Assembly: GCA_051362555.1 (NCBI GenBank)
Contig: CM120643.1
Span: 17,302,848 to 17,366,847 of the forward strand
Length of the DNA stretch: 64,000 nt
Reading direction: 5' to 3'
Origin: Lingula anatina
Lineage: Eukaryota > Animalia > Brachiopoda
In this document: positions 40,740 to 50,200 of the stretch, piece by piece
How positions within the stretch are numbered: position 1 is the stretch's first letter
Layout: each line of letters starts with the position of its first letter
Position numbers and translations under genes: made by a program
Notes under the pieces: model-generated
The model's database searches: none
Seen by the model: only the letters and a program-made list of their open reading frames with translations
What the model was told of the DNA's origin: nothing

Positions 40740-41830
40740 TCAGCTATATTCATCAATCTCATCAATGTCATAGCCATCATCATCCTCAAACAGTCCAGAG
40801 GCCATTTTCCTCCTGTAGTTCTCATAGGAAGATTGTGGTGTCCATGATGTGGTGTATAGCCCCTGTCCAAAACAGGCAAGGTCCTCTTCATCACTGGACA
40901 AATCTTCATCTAGAATATATATAAATATATATATATTTTTTTTTACTAAATTGTAGAAATATACAATTGCAGGTGGAAAGAAACTATAATAACAATTTCT
41001 TCACAACAGCGGTTAACATCTTAACAGAAAAAGACAGAAATATCGCAATGGAAGAAACTTGGTGTTACTGAGTGTGTAAGTCAGTTCAAGATTTTTTTTT
41101 AATTTGATTCAAAGAAAAAGGAAATACAGCTTACAGATGAATCTCTTTATCATAATTATTATTACTTTTTTTCCTAAAAATATTGATGAGAAAGTACTCT
41201 TCTTTTCATTTAAGTCTGCTTTTTTTTCTTATGACTTATTTTTCTGAAGGAATAATTATATAACTCAACATTTTTGCAATATTTCTTTGAAAGCAAATAT
41301 GGGCAACAGTCATGACCTTACATTATTCCCCTGAAAGGAATGCCTTGGGACAGACAGACTGCTTATCATCATTGTGCTACCTAACCATATCCATCTATAG
41401 TATTCTTTACCTCCTAATCTCAAGCCCCTGACCAGTCTTGTGGATAATATTTAGTATTACATCATATCTGTACCATATCCATCTATAGTATTCCTTACCT
41501 CCTAGTCCCAATCCCCTGTCAAGTCTTGTGGATAATATTTAGTATTACATCATATCCGTACCATATCATTCCTTACCTCCTAGTATCAAGCCCCTGACCA
41601 GTCTTGTGGATAATATTTGAAATATTTGAAATATTTAGTATTACATCATATCCGTACCATATCCGTCTATATCATTCCTTACCTCCTAGTCTCAAGCCCC
41701 TGACCAGTCTTCTGGATAATGGTTCACCATCACTGTCAAATCCATCACCAGCTCCTCCTAATCAATATACATAAGCATGACATGCATAATATAATCATAT
41801 CAAAGGTTTTCATCTGGTGATATAAGATGT

Positions 41831-41909
<79 letters not shown>

Positions 41910-44004
41910 CATACTTATCTAGAGAAAAACATTAAACATGTTCTTAGAAAAATTAAATGTTCTTAGTCAATTCATCACTGTCACAAGCTAAAAAAATAGT
42001 CAATTCCATCAATCTTTTTCTAGAAAGTTTAAGCAAGAAACCCTTCTGTGTGTCTTTAAAATATAATGTTGATTTGATTAGTTTTTTCAATACTCAAATA
42101 TGTTTAAAGGGATAACAATTCTTCGTATGAGATCTATATTTCACAATAAATACATAGTGAACAACTCATAAAAATATAATATATTCTGTTTTATCACAAA
42201 AACAGCAGTTATAGCTATTATTCTGATATCTGAGCTTGTCTTTAGACCACGTGACCTCCATTGATGGCTATACATTTTTTGGCCAAAACGAAGAGTTATT
42301 ATCCCTTTAACACATTAAAACAAAACAGAATAAACAATGAAATATTAATAAAAATGTATGTTTCATGTTGAACAAATAGTATTTCACATGCTCGATATTA
42401 TAAATTCACATATTATATTTCCCGTTTTTCCCTGTCACTGACTGACCATCTTTACCTTCCTCAGGATCCTCGTCTGGGTAGTCATTCCTCCAGTTATCCT
42501 CCTCGTTACTGTCATCCTCATCCTCATAAATCTCCCTATCCATGGGCTCCCTGTAGTCGTCATACACATACTCTTCCCCATAAGCTTCCACCGTTAACAA
42601 GTTCTCCAAGCTGCGGAAATCAAAGTCTGCACAGTTGGAGTAGTAGATGTCGTACACAAAGTCTGTGTCCTGTGGCGCACTCTGGGGGATTTTCTCTCTG
42701 ATCATTGGAACTCCATTACATGCTACTGCTGACTGGGATGAGATGGCCTCTGCCTAAATGCATGATGTGTATCTGTTATTTTTGTGAGAATGGTTTCCAT
42801 TAAGTAAACATGAGATTAATTATGGACACAAAAACCATACTATAGTTTCATCTGTTGTGATATAACAAAAAAAGGAGGTTTACAATACGAAAAATGTTCT
42901 TTTTCAAGAATATTTGGTTACTGAACTTACTTGTTTTTCTTTTGATGCATCCTCCTCCTCCTCCTCCAAATCATAAATTTGATAACATTTCTGTGTCCAA
43001 TTTTCAAAACTGGTATCATTAAGTCCAGTATCTTTTTGTTCCACTTCTGTGCCTTTACATGCACCATGTGAAGTCTGGTCATCTGCAACATCCAGATTGT
43101 TAAGGTCCATTGACCTATGACCTGCAGTAACTTTAAACCTGTTGTTTTTGATGACATCTTTTTGTTTTCTTCGAGCACTTTTCAGAAAGTCTGTGCTGTG
43201 CTGTTTGTACTCTTTCTCTAATTTTTTCTTTCTGATGGCTTCCTTAACATGGCGTGAAACTGGCTCATTCTGAAAAAAATATAGAACCTTTTTATTGCCT
43301 TTTCATGAGCAATAATTTCCTAGTGCAAATCAAAGTCTTATATAATCACTTTGCTCATGGAACTTATTTTGAGCTCGATTCTGCGCAGTATGTTGCTTTC
43401 TGGAAGGAAATTGTGCATTATTATTTTGATAAACCCTGCGCATTCAGAAGACGGTTTAGGTTTAGGTGCTTAATTTCAGGACACCCAAACTAGTAGACAA
43501 GCAGATGGATATTACCAAACTTAAAGCACTGTTGATGGGAAACTAGTTGGCTTTACAGGGGTGTGCAAGTTGAGGTGATGCGAAGTCACAGAGGTAAGGA
43601 AAAAACTTTCTGCTAACACGGTGTTCCTAAACATGATAATTTTTTTGTAAAAGTGAGATAGTGCATAAATTCAAACGGATTATCCACACTCATATATTTG
43701 AGTGTGTTAATTCTCAAGCATCTAGTCTAGTATTATTGTGTGTGTGTGTGTGGGGGGGGGGGGTCGTATGGACACTACCGCAATCCAATCCAATCCCAAA
43801 ACATTGGGACTGTCGGCAAAACCTTTTCTCTATTACCTTTTTCTGAACGGTTCCGGCAAATGAAAATATACTTTTTACTTCTTCGTCGTCGTCGTCATCC
43901 ACACCTAAAGGCTGACTAACCCGTTTTGGTTTTTTGCAAGCCAAAACTAGGCTATCCAGTGGATCATAATGCCTTCTACGTTTGACTCTCACTATCGTCG
44001 CCAT
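40740..44004 (-). CDS. SLC7A6OS: Probable RNA polymerase II nuclear localisation protein (Iwr1/SLC7A6OS family), 5 coding exons
   Basis: Exons 44004-43837, 43269-42931, 42753-42456 (alternative in-frame donor at 42447), 41757-41683, 40909-40740. Motifs VRVKRRR..DPLDSLVLACKK, CNGVPMIRE, FVYDIYY and the Iwr1 signature EDEDDSNEEDNWRNDYPDED. Confidence 0.9.
41385..41720 (-). repeat. Four ~80-105-bp tandem copies spanning the SLC7A6OS exon 4 donor
   Basis: ttacctccta..caagcccctgaccagtcttgtggataat recurs, with donor GT positions at ~41682, 41576, 41498 and 41410. Confidence 0.9.
41832..42310 (+). mobile_element. Copy 2 of the same repeat, including a complete TTAA-flanked (Kolobok-like) MITE at 42108-42306
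   Basis: TTAA|agggataacaattcttcg ... cgaagagttattatccct|TTAA. Confidence 0.75.
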
Positions 44005-44205
44005 TTCTGTTTTCCTTAGTCGTCTGCTATCACGCATAACGAGATTTTGAATTATCAGAAATGCAAGAGAACATAAAATGGATTTATAAAATCGATGTTA
44101 AAGATTTATCAAACATAATACAAGTTTCTTTTTACCTACTTAAAAACATTTTTATGTAGTTTTTTTCTCAATATTTTAGTCCTACCCATCAGGCATCAGC
44201 ACAAG
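44005..44205. promoter_or_regulatory. Bidirectional promoter between SLC7A6OS (-) and OXA1L (+)
   Basis: The two ATGs (44004 on -, 44206 on +) diverge about 200 bp apart. The OXA1L start context AAGATGGC is YY1-like. Inferred from gene geometry. Confidence 0.65.
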
Positions 44206-47200
44206 ATGGCAGCCTACAGTCGCATGCGATTTTGTTTACAGCGATCACGCGGATTTATATTCTGTCACCCACCGGTAAGTCAAATGTCTGCTTGTTACTG
44301 ATTTGTACGATTGTGACGAAAGATAAAGATACATGACTGTAAATGTGTGGTTAACGACCCCGAATTGGGATGGACGTGCTGACTCATTTGACTTTCATGC
44401 ACACTCTTAAAAAAAAACGTGATGTTTGTATTTTTCAAAGTTTCATGCCTCAGCACATATAGTGGTACATAATATAGTAGTTCATAATATCAGAAACAGT
44501 AAATAGGAGCACTTACAGATATCATTCTGACTTCATCATGTACAGTGAATATGCTATAAAATTCAAACCAGCACTCTCTGTCAAAATGCAGCTGAAATGA
44601 CCTCAGGGTCCACCTCGAAACAAAGCTGGTTTTTAACCAGGTGATATAAAATAAGCCCCCCTAGGCATACTCCCTAAAAGCTAAATCTGTGAATATATAA
44701 ATATATGCAGATTCATATGGTAATGTTGTATTATATACTTTGACCTTCAGCACTCTAGATGCTCTAGGGTAAATACAGAACGGAATATTTGCTGCCATCA
44801 TTGTTATTAGTTGTGGCTGCTTTTGGTACAGTCTAACTACTTGATAAGGGTTGAAGATGTATATGAATGTACAGTATAGACACAAACTGTACAAGTCTGT
44901 AAACATGATGAGAATGTTCTTGTGGGCAGCTGCATTCTTTGCACCAGTGTTGATATTGAAGATCAGGAAAAGACAGCCAATACTGGAGTTTCCTGTAGAA
45001 ATAAACAGTTTGGAAAAGCACAGGATAGCACTGGACTACAAGCTTTATCCGGATTTATTTTATACCAATCGTGGAAAGTACACTGGTCTCTACCTTAGCT
45101 GGTATAGGAAAATGGGAAAAGGCGGGAAGAAATTTGTCAGTGATGCAGGCAAATGGACGGGGAATGCAGGTTACAATCACACATTGGGGGACACCATTGC
45201 TGTGGATAGGGACATATTCGATAGCAGAGATGATGCATGCAGAGACATCTATGATGTTGATGACTTTGATATCAAGTCTCTCCCTAAAGCCAGTGTGGTC
45301 ATCCCATTTCACAATGAGCCTCTGTCCAGCATACTACGGACACTGCACAGCTTACTGACCAGGGGGCCAAGAGAGGTCATCAAGGAGGTCATTCTAGTGG
45401 ACGATGGAAGCACAAATGATAAAACTTGCCTAAAAGAACCCATAGAAAAGGCTATTTTAACATTACCTGGTGTTAAATTGATAAGAACGGTCCAGCGAGA
45501 AGGTTCCACCAAGGCCAGGCTGATTGGTGCAGCATATGTCACAGGAGAAGTCATATCTTACCTGGATTCACACGTGGAATGCAACCGCAACTGGTTGCTG
45601 CCTATACTACATCATATCCATCATCATCCCACTGCTGTTGCCATGTCTCTACTGGACACTATTTTTGGTGATTCCTTTAACCTGCAAAAGAGTTGGCTGG
45701 GCTCACATGGAGGGTTCAACTGGAATTTAGAATTCTATTGGAAACCAATACCAGCTGAGTTAAGGAAAAGTTTGAAAAACACTGATCCAATTCCTTCTCC
45801 TATTATGCCAGCTGGTGCGTTTGCCTTGAGAATGGACTTTTTTAGACAGCTTGGCATGTTAGATCCTGACATGAGAATTTGGGGGGTTGACGACGTAGAG
45901 TTTTCTTTCCGAGCATGGCAGTGCGGAGGGCGTGTTGAGATTCACCCATGCTCACGTGTCGGTCACATCTTCCGTAGTGTTCCTTATTCTTTCCAGGATA
46001 AACCTGGGAAAGTGATATTTCACAATGCTGTTAGATCAGCTGAGGTTGTCCTTGGTCCAGATTACCGCAAGTTTTTCTACGGACAAGCCATACACTATGA
46101 TGTTTCAGTGAACAGAACTTCACTGAAGGAAAGAATTCAGCTGAAGAAAAATCTTAACTGTAAATCCTTTGAATGGTACATGTCTAATATTATACCTGAA
46201 ATGCCTATCCCTCCAAATGATGCAGTTTTTTATGAAAGATTAGAAAATGTGGGTAAATCATTGTGTTTGGAAGACAGCAATGGGGTACCCAGTCTCGCAG
46301 AATGTGTGAGTTTAAAGTCAAGTCAGATGGCATACATTAATAAAGAAAACCAGTTGAGGATTGGTTCAAAGTGCTTAGGTCAAAACAAAATGGACTCTAA
46401 AAACAACATGGACACCAGGGTGCAATTTGTTGATTGTGCAGAAAGTGAATTTGTGTTTGGTTGGGAGTATGTGAAAGGACGGTTAGAAAATGGAGGCAGG
46501 TGTCTAGATTTTGTGAAAGAAAATGTTGTGCTAAGCAACTGCACTGGAGATGAACAGCCGTCCCAGCGATGGAGGTTCAAATATAACTTTGACTGGAATA
46601 AAAGGCTGAGTTACTTTTAAAATTATCAAAGGCATTAAATTATATACTAAGTATGGGAAAATGCAAGTTGTGCTTGTCTCCAACTTTTGTGCTATCTACA
46701 TAATTGTTCAGATGCTGATGGAAACTAAAAAAAAAAGAAAAGAAAAGAAAAAAGAAATTAGTTAATAAATTAGTTACTCATTCACTGTAAAAAAAATCAC
46801 TATTTAGCACATTTCTGTGCTTTTTGATATGTGGTCAGAGTTGAATTTTTCTCATGATAATGGATTGTAGTTTTAACAATGATTTAAGAATGTCATCTTC
46901 AACTTGTTAGGGTTCACCAGCAACAGGGAATAGAGTCTTTTCCACGAAATCGTGAGCATGCGCAGTTCGCGCCATTTTGTGCGGGACTGTTTCTCAGTGG
47001 GAAAGAGTAGAAGGGGCCTTTGGTACTTTTGTAGTTGTATACCCCCCCTCACCCTGTAACTTTCTGTAACTTTCACTTTTCAAACAGTTTTTTACATTTT
47101 ATTGTTTATCCATGTCAAAGCTGTTGAAATAAAATGCTTTTGTAATTACCTGTGGATTTTTTATTAGTGTTAATCACGTTTAATCCAGCCCATTGAAATA

Positions 47201-50200
47201 CAAAGTTAGAATCTTCAATTTACACCCGCAGTCAATAACTTGCCGCATTTTCGTTGGCTAACCCTAAGGAAATTTTATGTGAACAAGTAGCTCATAATAA
47301 TTTCACAGAGGAAATCCAAGTATACAATGTATCAATCCTATGTTCACATAAAATAAGGTAGAGTTAGCCAACGAAAACGCAGCAAGCTGCGGTTACATTG
47401 TAAATTTTCACATTGTATTTCCATGGGGTGGATTAAACGTGATTAAAACTAATAAAAAGACCACAGGTAATTACAAAAACATTTTATTTCAACAGCTTTG
47501 ACATAGGTGCAAAAGACACTGTAAAAAAATGTTTGAAAAATGAAGGTTTCAGGAAGTTACAGGGTGGGGGTATACTACAAAAGTACCGAATGTCCTATCT
47601 TTGCTGTCGATGAGGTACGTTTTTAGTTCTTTCATTGAAAAGTCATCAGGCACTTCTGCTAAATTTCTATTCCAACTGCTCCCATGAATGTGTTTTCGAA
47701 AAAAATCAGGTGTTAACATGTTACGAAACTTTGAAAATTCAGAATGAAATGAGCACTCCTCGATATGGCGTCCGTCGTGTACACTCCACACTTTCCCCCT
47801 GAAACTTCAAATCCCGCAAAATCTCGCATTCCCACGGATAATTTAGCGGAAGTCACGTGACCGTGGAAAAGACTCTATTGGTGCATTCTTTTATTTTCTA
47901 AATAAAGCATTAGCCTTGAGGGATGTAGCTATGTGGGGATGTGGACATTTCAATTAAATGTGAAATAAGTCAAAACTGTAAACATTTGAAAGTCAATAAA
48001 TTTTTAAAGGTATATCCATTTCATGTTTTGAAAATGTTCCCGAGTTGTATTTTTATCCTGCAAAGCTTATCTTTCCCAATTCAGACCGTAAATGAAAAAT
48101 TCTTAAATAAAATGTTTAAATAATAGACCATTCCCAGAGACTATTGTACTAACTTTGGATCGAACTATCTCCAAGGGAATTCTCGCTTAACTGCAATTAA
48201 CTTAAGCAGCTTAGATGTCTGTCACACCTACTAAAGCTGTAGCTATCCTTGTTATGATTCATAAGTGAAAATGAGGTCATTTCAGATTTAATGCAGTACA
48301 TGCCCAATTGTGAAATACCAGGAATATGTCAATTAATTGGTTTGCGCATAGCTTTTGACTTGACGTTGTTTTTGAAATATAATTGGTCTTTCATAACTCT
48401 TGATGAAATTTACAACTACTTGTATATTACTCTTGATGGATTATTTTGGCTTTTTGATTAAATATAGGTACTCAAAAAATGAAAGCTAAGATATTATTTT
48501 TTGGGGATAATTAGAACAATTGTTGATACTGTCATCATGCAATATTTGTCTCACAGAACTGAAAAGAAAAAAATTCTCATTCCAGCCTATCACAATGAAC
48601 ATGTTCCGTATAGGCAGAAGAAGGATTCACCACCATGTCATCTTCTCTGACCTCAGGTCATCATCACGACCTCTGATTTCTAGGAATGGTGCCGCCATCT
48701 TCAACAGTGTACCAGCACGTTTTCAAAGTTCTTCCAATTTTAAACAGGTAGTCTTATAAAACAAAGTTTTGTACATTGTTTTAGAAATAAGTAATGTAAT
48801 AATTTCAAAGTTTTTGTAGTTTATGTTGTACTTATGAAACACAAACATTACATGGTGATATTCAAAATGGTCCAATTTGATTATAATGAGTGTACCCATC
48901 CTGCTATTTTTATAATTTTATATTTGTTTTTCATTATATTAAACTGGGTATTTTGCTGCAGGTGTAGTTATTACTTAAGAGATTCAGGTGTCAGTAATTG
49001 AGGAGGAAAGTTTGCCATTCCGTTTTGAAGAAAGTGAACCCTGTGCTTCCATAATCATCTGAAGTTAATAAAAAAATCTTAAGTTTTGAAACTCGATTCT
49101 TATTTCCAGGAAGTCATTTTGGGGGACCAGCAACAAGAGGTCATCAGTGAAGGAACTTACCTCAATCCTCCAGTTGATATTGTGGACACCCCATTGGAGA
49201 CTCTGGCTGAACCCTCTCTTCAGAGCCTTGGACTGGCCAGTTACTGGCCATCTGGCTGGGTACAGTCATTTCTGGAGACCCTGCATGTCCAGTATGACAT
49301 GCCGTGGTGGGGAGCTATAGCACTGGGTACGTACCCTGAGGTTCAGGCCCTCTGTTTGATATGTCCTGATGGGGAGCTTTAGCACTGGGTAAGTACTCTG
49401 AGGTTCAGGCCCTCAGTGTGATATGTCCTGGTGGGGAGCTATACCACTGGATACGTACCCTGAGGTTCAGGCCCTCAGTTTGATATGTCTTTGTGGGGAG
49501 CTTTAGCACTGTGGACTTCCCTGAGGTTCAGGCCCTCAGTTTTATACACTTTTTAAATTTGGAGGGAGTAAAAACACTTAGCTTAGCTATGTACCCTAAG
49601 GCATTTAGCCTTTATATTTTATAGCTTCTTTGGAAGCTTAATGCTACAGCTTGTGCCTTCAGTTTAATGTTAATACATAGGACAGCTGAAGTGTTAAGTG
49701 CATGCCCTAAATTTGAAAATGGATCTCAGGTGGAAGTTGCCTCTGCCCTGAAGTAGTATATAGTATTTATTAGCTAAAGGACTGGGTGTGGACTGAGTTT
49801 GGTATTCCTTTTTGGGTAGCTTTGATTATGAAAATAATTATCAGTGCATTATTAATTTCATAGTATAGATCTTGAATTATTTTAATCTATTTAAATTCAT
49901 TGTAGGTACTCTTTGTTTACGGATTTTGATCTTCCCACTGATGGTGATAAGCAGGAGAAGTTTAATAGAAATGCTGAATGTTATGCCACAGATACAGAAA
50001 TTTCAGGACAAAATGGCAAAAGCTCTAGAAGACAATGACATGGTTACTTGTATGTATATTTAACTTTACAGAAGTTTATTCTTTCTCTAAAATCCTACAA
50101 TTTTCTTTTCAAATGATCTATATTAAATTATTATTTTTGTCTTGAAAATCTGTTACAAAACTTTTTACACATTTCATCTATGTAGTTATGTAAAGCATGT

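Noticed and set aside
41385-41720. CRISPR-like appearance of the tandem arrays (also 2350-2495 and 49295-49542)
   Set aside because: Whole units are repeated with no unique spacers, there are no cas genes, and the context is eukaryotic introns.
45055-45730. Alternative-frame and antisense ORFs overlapping GALNT
   Set aside because: Short shadow ORFs with no recognisable motifs.
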